This document shows, piece by piece, positions 18,774 through 28,196 of a DNA stretch of 40,194 bases. This DNA is from Klebsiella phage vB_KM5a1-KLB24. The translations under genes and the position numbers were made by a program. The notes under the pieces are model-generated. The model searched no databases and had not been told where the DNA came from. It saw nothing but the letters and a program-made list of their open reading frames with translations. Every line of letters starts with the position of its first letter. Within the stretch, counting starts at the first letter, position 1. The DNA is taken from the sequence record PP554338.1; one strand, 5' to 3'.

Positions 18774-19533
18774 TTGTCAAAGTCTCCGATTTGATTCGGT
18801 CAATTACCATTTGATGAATTGCCGGGGGAGTGGTGGAATTGCGCCAGATTGAATTACAAAATTTAATCCAAAACTTATCTATAATATCAATCTTTGATTT
18901 GCGATTGGTGATATGGTGAATAAATTCGTTATCACCTAAGTAAATCCCGCAATGGTTCGGAACGCTCGACGCGTAATTAAATAACATCGTGTCGCCCGGT
19001 TGCAGGTCTGCAAGTTCCACGCGACGGAATCCTTCACGCTCGATATTGTCCAGATAAAGATTTTGGCCTTCATCCCACCAATCCGAATCGCGTTTATAGT
19101 TATCCATGCGAACGCCGCACATTGCATAGTAATCCTGCATAATCGAATAACAGTCAGTTACCCCAACAACGTAATCCCGGCCCCGGAATTTTGGAATTGG
19201 CGCGAACGCTTCCGCCGTCCAGTTTGGTTTAATCAACAACCAATCGCCGTCGCGGTTGTCATATTGCGCTATTCGGTCAAATGCCGACAAGTGCGGGAGG
19301 TGATACGCGTCCGGGTGAGAATGGACGACATAAACGATTTCACCCATAGAGCGGGCGGCGTCAGTGTCTAACATATCAATTTCGAATCCGTCGCTACGGT
19401 CGGCGGCGATATTCTGACATTCATAAAATTGATAGTCTCCACCACTCCGGCAAATAATATAACCGCAAATTTCGAATAGCGGCGACATTTTCGCGCGGGC
19501 GATAGCGGTTGCAATAGCGGCTTTTAATTCCAT
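18766..19533 (-). CDS. K: Lambda gpK-like tail tip assembly protein (JAB/MPN + NlpC/P60 domains)
   Basis: JAMM motif VVHSHPD...SAFD. NlpC/P60 Cys (VTDCYS) and His (HCGIYLG...HH). It overlaps gene I by 8 nt, as in lambda. Confidence 0.8.
   Translation of the reverse strand: MELKAAIATAIARAKMSPLFEICGYIICRSGGDYQFYECQNIAADRSDGFEIDMLDTDAARSMGEIVYVVHSHPDAYHLPHLSAFDRIAQYDNRDGDWLLIKPNWTAEAFAPIPKFRGRDYVVGVTDCYSIMQDYYAMCGVRMDNYKRDSDWWDEGQNLYLDNIEREGFRRVELADLQPGDTMLFNYASSVPNHCGIYLGDNEFIHHITNRKSKIDIIDKFWIKFCNSIWRNSTTPPAIHQMVIDRIKSETLTNG
18824..18838. repeat. Motif copy inside the 3' end of the gpK-like gene, ~50 nt upstream of the gpI-like start
   Basis: Exact copy; in K it encodes STTPP. Confidence 0.65.
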
Positions 19534-19535
19534 GT

Positions 19536-20249
19536 TTACCCCTGAATTTTATCTACTGCCAGAAAACACCCAATTGGTAACGGGTTATTTTCACCGAAAC
19601 GTAATTTACAGCCGCTTTCCAAATGGCTGCAAACGTCTTGGTCGATACTGGAAACAACTTCATCTTTTGCATTCCAGTAACGATTACCACGATAACCGCA
19701 ACCAACGCCGCGATATTTCCAAACGCAATTATTCGCGGTAATTGTGCGCTTAGGTAAAACGGCGCGGTTATTCTCCCCCGGCAACGCTAATTCAAATGTT
19801 GCTACTTGGTCGTTAATCTGGTTCATCTTATTAACGATATAGGTTAACATCGTTTCTTGCGATGGGTCGGCGTTCGGGTTCCCGTTCGGGAAATTCACCG
19901 CATCGAGGAATTTACGTTTAACGATTTTCATCGTTACTTTGCATCCGACCAAATCGGCATACTGAATAATAAGCCCGGTAATTAAACCCATTACGTTAGA
20001 CATTGCGAACGTCGGTTTACTGTTCCCGGATTTGCCGAAACTGATTCCGTCAATTTGCGACGGTAGCGGGTCGAATCGGTTTCCCTGCCAGATAAGCGGT
20101 TGCGCGTTTTCATTTAACCCGTTAAAGAAACGGTAAATTCCCGCTCCGGGGTATGCGTCGGTAACGTCGATTACATACATAACTAACGTCGCGTCTTGCT
20201 CCAGTTTATCTAATTCGTCGTTAAACTTTTTGGGTATAATACGTGTCAT
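19536..20249 (-). CDS. L: Lambda gpL-like minor tail protein (Fe-S Cys cluster)
   Basis: PLIWQGNRFDP...RKFLDAVNFPNGNPNADPSQE aligns to lambda L PVTWQGRQYQP...ARFLDAVNFVNGNSYADPEQE. The C-terminal C..C..C..C cluster is conserved. Confidence 0.9.
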   Translation of the reverse strand: MTRIIPKKFNDELDKLEQDATLVMYVIDVTDAYPGAGIYRFFNGLNENAQPLIWQGNRFDPLPSQIDGISFGKSGNSKPTFAMSNVMGLITGLIIQYADLVGCKVTMKIVKRKFLDAVNFPNGNPNADPSQETMLTYIVNKMNQINDQVATFELALPGENNRAVLPKRTITANNCVWKYRGVGCGYRGNRYWNAKDEVVSSIDQDVCSHLESGCKLRFGENNPLPIGCFLAVDKIQG

Positions 20250-20578
20250 TTTAAAACTTCCTCAAAGTTTACGGTAAAGGTTGAAAAATAATGGTGCGAC
20301 GCTTCCGACCATTTAGGCGCAATCACCAGTTGCCAGCGCTGGCGATAAGGCGACATAATTTCAAACGCCATATAACCTTTTTTACTATCCAGAAAATCGC
20401 GAAATCTTTTACGCGACGCTTTCGGAATATTGTAAGTTAGGGAATATGTTTTAAGGTCGTTATTTAGTCCGGCGGGTTTTCTTTCCTCGTACCCGTCGCC
20501 CATTTGCGAGGTTGTCACGTTGGGCGCGCTTTGTGTATTCGCTCCCGGCGCGCTGATAAAATAGAAACGGTCAGCCAT
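20246..20578 (-). CDS. M: Lambda gpM-like minor tail protein
   Basis: GDGYEERKPAGLNNDLKTYSLT matches lambda M GDGYSQRAPAGLNANLKTYSVT. Confidence 0.85.
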   Translation of the reverse strand: MADRFYFISAPGANTQSAPNVTTSQMGDGYEERKPAGLNNDLKTYSLTYNIPKASRKRFRDFLDSKKGYMAFEIMSPYRQRWQLVIAPKWSEASHHYFSTFTVNFEEVLK

Positions 20579-20592
20579 TTTAAAGCCCCAAT

Positions 20593-20617
20593 AAAAAACC
20601 GCCCACGGCGGGCGGTT
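20593..20617 (-). terminator. Hairpin CCGCCC-N5-GGGCGG + T6 (minus sense) immediately upstream of the gpM-like ATG
   Basis: Perfect 6-bp GC stem followed by a T-run; the ATG is ~15 nt downstream. Confidence 0.4.
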
Positions 20618-20646
20618 CTAGTATAACAGGCGTTGCGCTGGTGGGT

Positions 20647-21294
20647 CTACGCCGCTTTGTAACTCTCCAGCCGTTTAATCACACCGGGAGTTATCGCCAG
20701 CAGGTTAACGGCGTGTTGATAGCCCATGGCGGCCCCGATAAACGCTTGCTTGTCGCCGCCGTAGTCGTTCAGCGATAACAGGCGAGAAAACGATTCGTTC
20801 TTTTCGGAATCCGCCATTGTTTGCAGAATGGACGGCATTAAAACGGTATGCGGGTTTTCGTTTTTCAGTACCAGCGCCGAAATCGCGCCTTCCACGTCCA
20901 GAATTTCGCCGTCGTCCATTTCGAACGTGTGAACAGTTTCGACGATATTCACCAGTTCGCGCGCCGCGAAACTTTGCAAAGTGTCGCCGTCCTGAATCTT
21001 GGAAACAAGCGAGTCAACCAAATGACCGGGGAACGCCGTTCCGATATTTGGTTTGAAAACGCCACCTTTGATAATATCCCCGGCGCTTTCGTCGGTAATC
21101 ATCGTAAAGGCGAATTGCACGATTTGAAGTTGTTCGGTAACTAACAGCATATCGCGGAAGAACGAAAGTTTTTGTTTGTCGTCGCCCATTTCGGCGGCGG
21201 CTTTGTTAGACTCTAAAAGCGAACGAATGATTGCGAGATTTTGCCCCGCCGTAGCGACTAATTCAGGGATATTAATTTCCGGTTTCTTTTCCAT
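20647..21294 (-). CDS. Hypothetical protein between the tape measure and gpM-like genes (start reassigned to MEKKPEIN with an AAAGAG Shine-Dalgarno sequence)
   Basis: 216 aa. Lambda has no counterpart at this position. Confidence 0.45.
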   Translation of the reverse strand: MEKKPEINIPELVATAGQNLAIIRSLLESNKAAAEMGDDKQKLSFFRDMLLVTEQLQIVQFAFTMITDESAGDIIKGGVFKPNIGTAFPGHLVDSLVSKIQDGDTLQSFAARELVNIVETVHTFEMDDGEILDVEGAISALVLKNENPHTVLMPSILQTMADSEKNESFSRLLSLNDYGGDKQAFIGAAMGYQHAVNLLAITPGVIKRLESYKAA

Positions 21295-21574
21295 TCTCTT
21301 TGGCCTTCGATTGGTGATAATCAGGAACATGAACATTCAGGACGCGGCGCGCCCCGAAACGCTCGATTGCGGCGGAGGTTGCGCCCTCCACCGTTTCGGA
21401 ATCCGCTAAATCCGTAAGCATGGTCGCTTTTGAACCGTCGCGAAATTCCACCGTGTACACTCGATACATCTTACAGCATACCCAAAAACAGGATAACGAC
21501 GACAACGACAAGGGCGATTTTGCACATCGCGCGCCCTTCGGCGTAAACCGGGTTAACCGTGCTATACTCGACAA
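21272..21574 (-). CDS. Hypothetical small protein; start uncertain (probably the internal MYRVYTVEF...)
   Basis: The N-terminal part of the ORF overlaps a separate 38-aa hydrophobic ORF in another frame; the C-terminal ~65 aa look real. Confidence 0.25.
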   Translation of the reverse strand: MSSIARLTRFTPKGARCAKSPLSLSSLSCFWVCCKMYRVYTVEFRDGSKATMLTDLADSETVEGATSAAIERFGARRVLNVHVPDYHQSKAKENGKETGN

Positions 21575-21584
21575 CGTGTTTCAT

Positions 21585-21627
21585 AAAAAAGCCCCTATCG
21601 TTGAAATCTGAATTTCATCTTAGGGGC
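21585..21627 (-). terminator. Extended hairpin (GCCCCTA...TAGGGGC with an inner GAAAT/ATTTC stem) + T6 after the tape measure gene
   Basis: Located 15 nt after the tape measure stop; the T6 follows directly in minus sense. Confidence 0.45.
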
Positions 21628-21641
21628 AATTAATCTAAATG

Positions 21642-23903
21642 TCAACTACCGTTTGCGCGGTCACGGTCAGATAATTTTTTATCTACAATCGCTTCGGTCA
21701 TGCTTTTTAGCGTTTCCAAATCGTCGGCGGAAATCCCGCTCCCCGTGATATGGTTAATTTGGGTAAATTCGGAAGTTCCACCACTCCCGCCACCGCCGCC
21801 CATTGCTTTTTGCAAATTAGCGTTACTGGTGATTTGCCCGCCTGAACCCGGAACCGTGAATAACTCCGGCCCCTTTTCCCCTACAAGGTAGGTTTTACCG
21901 CCGTACACTGGCCCGCCTTTTTCACGCGCCCCGGCTAACTCGACAACGCCTTGCGCCGCAATTAACGCCGCTTGCGCATAACCCCACGCGGTAATGCTTT
22001 CCGCCGCCGCCATTTGCGCCGCTGGCCCTCCGGGGGTATTCGCCGCCGCCATTACCCCGGCAAGGTTCGCCGCCATAATTGCTTGACCAACTAACATCGC
22101 CTTTTGTGCCAGTGTCGCAACTAACCACGCGGCGGAACCCTGTTCGGCGCTCGATTTCACCACGTCGGCGAATCCGCTTGCTAAATCAATTCCGCGATTA
22201 ACGGTATCGTTATATTTCTGCATTCCCTCCGCTTGTTTGGCGAACATATCGTTACGACCGATATTTTCCGTTTTTTGCGTTAGTGCGTTTCGGCGCTGTT
22301 CATAGTCAATCTGAATCGCCAATAATTGCTCCTGAAAACGCTGTTCGGAAACTAATTTTTGGTCATGTTCATAATTGAGTCTTTCGACGGCTGAACTACG
22401 GTTCATTTCTAAAACGCTGGCGTCGCGGTCAGCCTGAATTTTATGTAATCTTTCCTGATAGTCAGCCTCGGAAAGTAACATTTGTTCATGCTGTGAATTA
22501 AGGCGTTCCATGCGGTTTTGATATACTTGCTCGATATCAGCGCCGTATTTTTGCGTATTAAGCATTTCAACGCCGCGTTGATATTCGCGTTCGCTAACCA
22601 ATCCCTTTTTATGGAATTCGTCTAACTTTTTAAGTTGAATTGCGTAGTTGCGGTCTGCCTTGTCTTGCTGAGTCGCTATATTCGCATCAAGTTGCGTTAA
22701 CCATGCGGCGGCTTGCTCTTTTTGCGCTGCAAACTGTTTAGCCTTTTGCGCGCTATCGTCTTTCGCTGGTTTATTCCATCCACCATCCGGGGCGGCTTTT
22801 TTCGTGATGTTGTCAACGTCGGATTGCATATCCGCAACAACGCCTTTCAAATGGTCTAGACCGTCATATGAAATAACCGGGTCAACGCCCAATTGAATCA
22901 TTCCGTTTCGGATTAAATCGCCGTTATTGCCACCCGTCAGGAATCCGCGAATTGCTTCGCTGAAACCGTCTTTAGTGAAGAATTTAGCAAATGAAGTATT
23001 TTCCCAATCTCCATTCATTAAATCTAACAATTCGTTAATTTCGTCCACGGTAGGGGCCAGAATATTAACTTTCCAGTCGTTGAAATTCGTTTTCAGGGTT
23101 TCAATCTTTCTATCCCATTCCGCGTATTTTGCCGCAACGTCAGACGTTACCCCGACATGTTGATTTGAAATGGCGTTTAACGCGTCCATTTCATTACCAT
23201 ATTGTTGCAGCACTCCGACCAAATGCGAACCGTCCGACGCTAACGTTTCCATCATGTTCGTAATTTCGGCCTGATTCTTTCCGGCGTTTTTCAATTCAAA
23301 GAATGTATGAATTAACGCCTTAATGCCGCCGTTCGTTTGGTTCAAATATTGGTTGTAGTCTTTCATGGAAAGGCCCAACGCTTTCATATCGTCGGCAGGG
23401 CCGGAACCATCGCGGAACGCGTCGCCCAAATGGTCCAATACGTCTTTGTTAATATCGCCGAATTTATCAATCTCCATTCCGGTAGCGATAAACTCTTTTT
23501 TCATTTGCTGCAAATATTCAATACTGGTTCCGGTAGCCGTCGCGACTTGCCGCATTTCACGAACATAATCGGCGTTTGCATTAATCGCCATTACCACCGC
23601 ACCAGCAACGGCAGTTAGCCCACCAGCAATTAAACCGAATGCGGCAAGGTAACGGGCCGCGCCAGCCTCCGCTCCCGCCATAGTGGTTTTAACGCGGTTG
23701 ATTAAATCGTTGATATCGCCAAATGACGAAACGGAAGAATTGCGGAGGCTGTTAAAAACGTCCTCCAGATTTTCCACCCCGTCAGCCATTCCGCGCGTTG
23801 AGTCGTTAATTTTTTTCTTTGCCCGTTGCGTGTTTTCGGCAAGGTTATTAACGACGTTCGACATATTATCGCGCGCGGTTAAAAGCGTATTAATAATCGG
23901 CAT
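21642..23903 (-). CDS. H: Tail tape measure protein
   Basis: 753 aa with long coiled-coil-like segments and a Gly-rich C-terminus. It sits after the G/G-T chaperones and before the M/L/K/I/J-like genes. Confidence 0.8.
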   Translation of the reverse strand: MPIINTLLTARDNMSNVVNNLAENTQRAKKKINDSTRGMADGVENLEDVFNSLRNSSVSSFGDINDLINRVKTTMAGAEAGAARYLAAFGLIAGGLTAVAGAVVMAINANADYVREMRQVATATGTSIEYLQQMKKEFIATGMEIDKFGDINKDVLDHLGDAFRDGSGPADDMKALGLSMKDYNQYLNQTNGGIKALIHTFFELKNAGKNQAEITNMMETLASDGSHLVGVLQQYGNEMDALNAISNQHVGVTSDVAAKYAEWDRKIETLKTNFNDWKVNILAPTVDEINELLDLMNGDWENTSFAKFFTKDGFSEAIRGFLTGGNNGDLIRNGMIQLGVDPVISYDGLDHLKGVVADMQSDVDNITKKAAPDGGWNKPAKDDSAQKAKQFAAQKEQAAAWLTQLDANIATQQDKADRNYAIQLKKLDEFHKKGLVSEREYQRGVEMLNTQKYGADIEQVYQNRMERLNSQHEQMLLSEADYQERLHKIQADRDASVLEMNRSSAVERLNYEHDQKLVSEQRFQEQLLAIQIDYEQRRNALTQKTENIGRNDMFAKQAEGMQKYNDTVNRGIDLASGFADVVKSSAEQGSAAWLVATLAQKAMLVGQAIMAANLAGVMAAANTPGGPAAQMAAAESITAWGYAQAALIAAQGVVELAGAREKGGPVYGGKTYLVGEKGPELFTVPGSGGQITSNANLQKAMGGGGGSGGTSEFTQINHITGSGISADDLETLKSMTEAIVDKKLSDRDRANGS

Positions 23904-23914
23904 GTTATGCCCTC

Positions 23915-24510
23915 TTAGAAAATAGCCATTACGGTATTATTTTTTAAATCGTCCGGGGCGTCGTCGTCAGCTAAATAAACCCTTTCGCCGCCTGTAATTG
24001 CCTCTTGCGCCGCGTTGAATTCCTCATGTTCTAATGTGAAATGCGCCGCCCAAAATGCCAATTCGGAAATCGGCCACGTCTTAACCTCGAATGATGGTTT
24101 TTTTAATTCAACACAAATTCGACGAATAAGGGGGCCAATACTCCCCCCGGTTAATTCTTTTTTGCTTTTTCGATAATTTGCGGGGTGAACCCATTCATTG
24201 CCGCCGCTTTATCGTAAAGGCGTTCGAAAGCCTTCGGATGGAAAATTTTAGGTAATTCCCGGAAGTGGTCAGGGTTAACCAGTAATTCGCCGTTTTCTTT
24301 AATCATGCTCATTGCGACCATGCAAGCCATGAATAAAGAGAAATTTTTCTTATCTTCGGGATTCTGGTTTAACTCCCACATTAAATTATTAAACTTCATC
24401 GCCTGTTCAGCGTTCCATTCCGTAATCAGAATTTGCCCGTCTTTCTGGATTTCAGGAACATCTACAATTTCGCGCTGAAATTCAGGGGTAACTAAATCAC
24501 TAATAATCAT
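23915..24510 (-). CDS. GT: Tail assembly chaperone G-T fusion, made by a programmed -1 frameshift at A_AAA_AAG
   Basis: The slippery heptamer A AAA AAG (about 24157-24163, minus sense) is 2 codons before the G stop. The -1 frame then stays open for ~80 codons and ends 12 nt before the tape measure ATG. Confidence 0.6.
24151..24510 (-). CDS. G: Tail assembly chaperone (lambda gpG-like)
   Basis: 119 aa and acidic. It lies between the major tail and tape measure genes, and the slippery site is at its 3' end. Confidence 0.65.
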   Translation of the reverse strand: MIISDLVTPEFQREIVDVPEIQKDGQILITEWNAEQAMKFNNLMWELNQNPEDKKNFSLFMACMVAMSMIKENGELLVNPDHFRELPKIFHPKAFERLYDKAAAMNGFTPQIIEKAKKN

Positions 24511-24528
24511 TTCAATATTCCTTATTTG

Positions 24529-24549
24529 AAAAAGGCCGAATTAACGGCC
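24529..24549 (-). terminator. Hairpin GGCCG-TTAATT-CGGCC + T5 (minus sense) between the major tail gene and G, preceded by a motif copy
   Basis: In minus sense: TTCCACCACTCCCCCGCAATTACAAGGCCGTTAATTCGGCCTTTTT, then AAGGAA and the ATG. Confidence 0.5.
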
Positions 24550-24559
24550 TTGTAATTGC

Positions 24560-24574
24560 GGGGGAGTGGTGGAA
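24560..24574. repeat. Motif copy (intergenic, upstream of the terminator and G)
   Basis: Exact GGGGGAGTGGTGGAA. Confidence 0.7.
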
Positions 24575-24581
24575 ACTGAAA

Positions 24582-25301
24582 TTACGCTCCAGCAGCCGGA
24601 ACGCATCGACCAAACCACATCGTTTCGATATTGGTAATTGAGTCATAAGCGCGAACGCCGAAATCACCAGCCAGAACGCCAGTAATTTGACCAGTTGCGG
24701 AAACGGTCGCGATAGTCGGGTTAAGCGCTTCAAACTTAATTTGACCAGTTGCAACGGTTGCCGCTTCCGGCAGGGTGGAAACAGTGAGCGCCAGCGTTTT
24801 ACCAACTTCGACGGTATTTTTCAGGGCGGAAAGCGTAAGCGCCTGAATGTCAACATCGGTGTTAGTCGTCCAAATCGTTTTACCCGACGCTTGCGCGCCA
24901 ACGGTAAACTGAATTACGTTTTCCGCTACTGGCCCGTTAATCTGGAAACCCAAAAGGGCGAGTGAGTTAATCCCGATAGTTTTCGGAACGGTCGGGAGTT
25001 CGACACGGAACATAACAGGTTGTTTAGCTTTTGCCGCTTCGATGAATTTCGATTGGGCGGCGCTGGTAGCGTCGAGGTTCCCGACAAGTTGTTTATTTGC
25101 AGGAGTACCCAACGCCGCAATATAAGTGCGGTCGGTATCTTCCAGCGTTGTGGTTTCTTGCGTATCTGCCATTTCGCCAATTTCGCCAATAGCAGTAAAG
25201 CCAGGTACTTTTTCCCACGTTACGCCGTAATCGTAGGATGCGAAACATTTCGTTCCGGCGGCAAGTTTTGCCATATTCACTTTACGCGGTGCAATTGCCA
25301 T
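24582..25301 (-). CDS. V: Major tail protein (gpV-like) with a C-terminal Ig-like (Big_2) domain
   Basis: 239 aa. The C-terminal ~90 aa (TLALTVSTLPEAATVATGQIKFEALNPTIATVSATGQITGV) look like a Big_2 domain. AAAGGA Shine-Dalgarno sequence. Confidence 0.7.
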   Translation of the reverse strand: MAIAPRKVNMAKLAAGTKCFASYDYGVTWEKVPGFTAIGEIGEMADTQETTTLEDTDRTYIAALGTPANKQLVGNLDATSAAQSKFIEAAKAKQPVMFRVELPTVPKTIGINSLALLGFQINGPVAENVIQFTVGAQASGKTIWTTNTDVDIQALTLSALKNTVEVGKTLALTVSTLPEAATVATGQIKFEALNPTIATVSATGQITGVLAGDFGVRAYDSITNIETMWFGRCVPAAGA

Positions 25302-25315
25302 TTTTTCGATATCCT

Positions 25316-25690
25316 TTAAAGGTGAAATACTAGGGCGATTTCATACCCTACTAATTGCATATTTAACGTTAAATCCGGGTCGGCGTCGCCAGCGTCAGCC
25401 AACGTAATAAGTTGCACATCTGGAAGTTTCCCCGGCCCGATTAAGTTTAACATGCGCGCTTTGATTGTGTCCATCAATAGAACATCCTCGCAAATGATGC
25501 CGAATCTAACGGTTGCTTGCCTCGCATACGGCAAGCCTTCTAAATCCATTTGCTCGAATTCATCGGAAACCAGATACGCAAGCGCGGGCGTCTTTGGTTC
25601 ATCTTCCGGGATAAATCCATAATAAATGCGGTCGCCTAATTCTGGAATTATCTTCGGAATATAATCAACGATGATTTCACGAATTCCCAT
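25316..25690 (-). CDS. Tail completion / tail terminator-like protein
   Basis: 124-aa acidic protein immediately upstream of the major tail gene. Confidence 0.4.
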   Translation of the reverse strand: MGIREIIVDYIPKIIPELGDRIYYGFIPEDEPKTPALAYLVSDEFEQMDLEGLPYARQATVRFGIICEDVLLMDTIKARMLNLIGPGKLPDVQLITLADAGDADPDLTLNMQLVGYEIALVFHL

Positions 25691-26216
25691 CGGTCGCCCC
25701 CTTTTTAATTAATTTTTGGGTAATATTGCGGCGGGTAATTTCCACCACTTCGCCGCGCTCTTTCGTCACCAGCCTTTCAATAATCGGCCTTCCCGCAAAT
25801 CCGGGATGCATTAATTTACGCTGGTGGCTATTTAAAATTAATCGTCCTTTCTTCGCTTTCTTAATTGTTGCGCCTTTCGCCGTGTAGTGCGGCTTTGTTC
25901 CCCCTTCCAGCCAACGGGCTTTAAATGTATCTGCCATATATTCGGGCGTTCCGCGCGGGCCTGATTTCTTCGAAAAGTAAATTCGGTACGCCGCACCGCC
26001 GCGCGCCTCGTCTTTATTCGATACACCCATTTTCACGCCTTCGCGCGAAAGCCTACCCGTGCGAATTCCCCAACCGCGCCCGACTTCATTTTTAATTTGA
26101 CCATAAATAAAAATTGCAGCGGGGCGCAAGGCTTGCCGCAATTCGCGTTTATCAAGATTATACTCTTTCAGGAGTTTAACCAGTTCGTCAATATTAAAAA
26201 CGTTGTCATTATTCAT
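25677..26216 (-). CDS. HK97 gp10-like head-tail (neck) component
   Basis: 179-aa basic protein within the connector gene set. Confidence 0.4.
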   Translation of the reverse strand: MNNDNVFNIDELVKLLKEYNLDKRELRQALRPAAIFIYGQIKNEVGRGWGIRTGRLSREGVKMGVSNKDEARGGAAYRIYFSKKSGPRGTPEYMADTFKARWLEGGTKPHYTAKGATIKKAKKGRLILNSHQRKLMHPGFAGRPIIERLVTKERGEVVEITRRNITQKLIKKGATDGNS

Positions 26217-26547
26217 CTTCGGGTTTTCTCAAATATTCGAGCGTCCACAAAGTCGATTCGTCTTTATCATCGTGGTTAAAGCCGATAACCTTGTAAACGT
26301 CTTTTTCGTTAATACGGATAAATAACGATTCGTCGGCGTTCGGGTAATAGTAAGTTAGTGCGGTTCCCGACCGGGTATTAACAGCAATATTCCCCGCCAA
26401 AATTTCTTTGGATGGAACCGCGCGAAAGTTTGCCCGCCCGTCGTCAATTTTCGTATATTCGAATTTGATTTGACCACCAGCATTTTTGACTTTATCGCGT
26501 CGTAAAATCTCGATTCGGTCTTTTAACTTTCCGGGATTAATTGCCAT
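26209..26547 (-). CDS. Head closure / head-tail joining protein (gp7-like)
   Basis: 112 aa; position and size fit. Confidence 0.45.
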   Translation of the reverse strand: MAINPGKLKDRIEILRRDKVKNAGGQIKFEYTKIDDGRANFRAVPSKEILAGNIAVNTRSGTALTYYYPNADESLFIRINEKDVYKVIGFNHDDKDESTLWTLEYLRKPEDE

Positions 26548-26548
26548 G

Positions 26549-26896
26549 TTACACCATCCCGATTGCGAGATTTCGGAACGGGTCGAGCAATAAGGCGAAC
26601 GCCTGATTTTGCGAAATTGAACCCTCCAGCGAAACGGAACGATTCAAATATAAATCAGTCATGAAAAGCAAAACACCGCCTTTAATGGATTTATTGAATT
26701 TAATCCCGTATTCGGCATCGTCAGCCGGAATTGTTGCGTTTACCGGGTAAACGTTGCGATTAAGATATTGGGCCACCGCCGATAAAGCAATTTCGGCTTT
26801 CAGTTTAATATCTTCATCGTCAGCGCCAAACGTGACGCGTAATTGCCTTTTGCATTCATCCAAATCCATGTAATCGGCAAAATTGTATTCGAGCAT
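26549..26896 (-). CDS. Head-tail connector (gp6-like)
   Basis: 115 aa, the first gene after the capsid gene terminator. GAGGT Shine-Dalgarno sequence. Confidence 0.45.
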   Translation of the reverse strand: MLEYNFADYMDLDECKRQLRVTFGADDEDIKLKAEIALSAVAQYLNRNVYPVNATIPADDAEYGIKFNKSIKGGVLLFMTDLYLNRSVSLEGSISQNQAFALLLDPFRNLAIGMV

Positions 26897-26913
26897 AATT
26901 TAAACCTCGCATT

Positions 26914-26939
26914 AAAAAAGGGGCCGAAGCCCCTTTATA
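26914..26939 (-). terminator. Intrinsic terminator GGGGC-TTCG-GCCCC + T6 (minus sense) right after the major capsid gene
   Basis: Tetraloop hairpin with a T-run, as is common after highly expressed capsid genes. Confidence 0.6.
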
Positions 26940-26970
26940 TTAGATGTTTCCCCGGTCAAAAACCAGCAAA

Positions 26971-28185
26971 TTAAGCGTTAGCGCCTACTGCCAGTTGAAC
27001 GAATGCGGCCTTATCTTCTAACACGCAATCGAAGCGCTCGAATGCGAGGAACCCGACTTGCCCCGTTTCGGCGTAGAGTTCGTCAAGACGTTTAACGGTC
27101 ATACCGGAAACGCGGCGAACGATAAGCGCGTTCCAGTCGCCGTAAACGATGGAGCCTTTAAACGCCGTTCCGTCGGTTTTGAATTCCGGGAATTCGTTAT
27201 CGACAACAACGGGTTCGCCCAAAATAGTATCAGGCTTGTCAGTGACCAGCGAACGAATATAAATCGGTTCGCCTTGCGTATTTTTGAATTTACGGATTTT
27301 CGCCAGCGTCTTATCATGCATACCGAACGCACGTTTCGGGCTAACGCGATAAGCCGCGTCGATACCGTGGAACAGGTCAACCAGCGTTTCCCATGAGAAA
27401 TCCGCTAATTTCGCGATTGCCACTTCTTTGGTAATTGAAGGCAACAAGCCTTTTGGCTGGCCCACGCCAGTACCAGTAAGAATATAACCGTTCATCCCAC
27501 GGTCAATACGGGTACGCGCGATATTGGTAATATAGGCGACCATATCAATTTCGGAATCCTGCAAAAGTTCCTCCGAAACCAGAATAACTTTTGAGGAAAT
27601 TTTAAACGCGCCCAATTGCACGTTAGTAAACCCGGTATCGCTTTTCCCGTGGTTAGCGCCTTCACCAACGATAACGCCTTTTACAGCGCCTTCCGTCGAT
27701 ACGGCCCAATTCATCGGGTTCCCTTTTCCGGTTTGCAGGGTATTAGCCTGATTCAGCGCCGCGCCGTAGGAAATTTTTTCCTGAACGACTTTAGCAAGGG
27801 TTTCCGTATCGATGGTGTAACCGCCTTCCGCTGGCGTGGTGGACATAGCGCGCAATTCGGAAATAGTGGTTTTTTCTTCCGTGGTCATACCGTTGAAACC
27901 ACGGCAAAGGTAGGCGTTCATCACGGCGTGACGCGCTTCAACCTTATATTTCTTGCCTTCCGGGTCGGCGGCGTTTTCGTTCATCTGGCCCGTTAAAACG
28001 GCGTCAGTTGAGCGCTGTTCTTCCTCGCGAATGATAGCGTCGCGAAGCCCTTCAATTTCAGCGCTCAACGCATCGAGCGCGCTGCGCTGTTCATCGGTCG
28101 CTTTGTTCACGCCGATTTCTTTTGACAGCTTGCCGTAAGCGGAACGCTTTTCTTTCAGAGCCGCCAGCATTTCTTTATAAGTCAT
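26971..28185 (-). CDS. Major capsid protein, HK97 fold (with an N-terminal delta/scaffold-like domain)
   Basis: 404 aa. The N-terminal ~100 aa are coiled-coil-like; the rest matches the Phage_capsid (HK97 gp5) family pattern (…TGTGVGQPKGLL…). Confidence 0.85.
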   Translation of the reverse strand: MTYKEMLAALKEKRSAYGKLSKEIGVNKATDEQRSALDALSAEIEGLRDAIIREEEQRSTDAVLTGQMNENAADPEGKKYKVEARHAVMNAYLCRGFNGMTTEEKTTISELRAMSTTPAEGGYTIDTETLAKVVQEKISYGAALNQANTLQTGKGNPMNWAVSTEGAVKGVIVGEGANHGKSDTGFTNVQLGAFKISSKVILVSEELLQDSEIDMVAYITNIARTRIDRGMNGYILTGTGVGQPKGLLPSITKEVAIAKLADFSWETLVDLFHGIDAAYRVSPKRAFGMHDKTLAKIRKFKNTQGEPIYIRSLVTDKPDTILGEPVVVDNEFPEFKTDGTAFKGSIVYGDWNALIVRRVSGMTVKRLDELYAETGQVGFLAFERFDCVLEDKAAFVQLAVGANA

Positions 28186-28196
28186 GGTGTATATCC

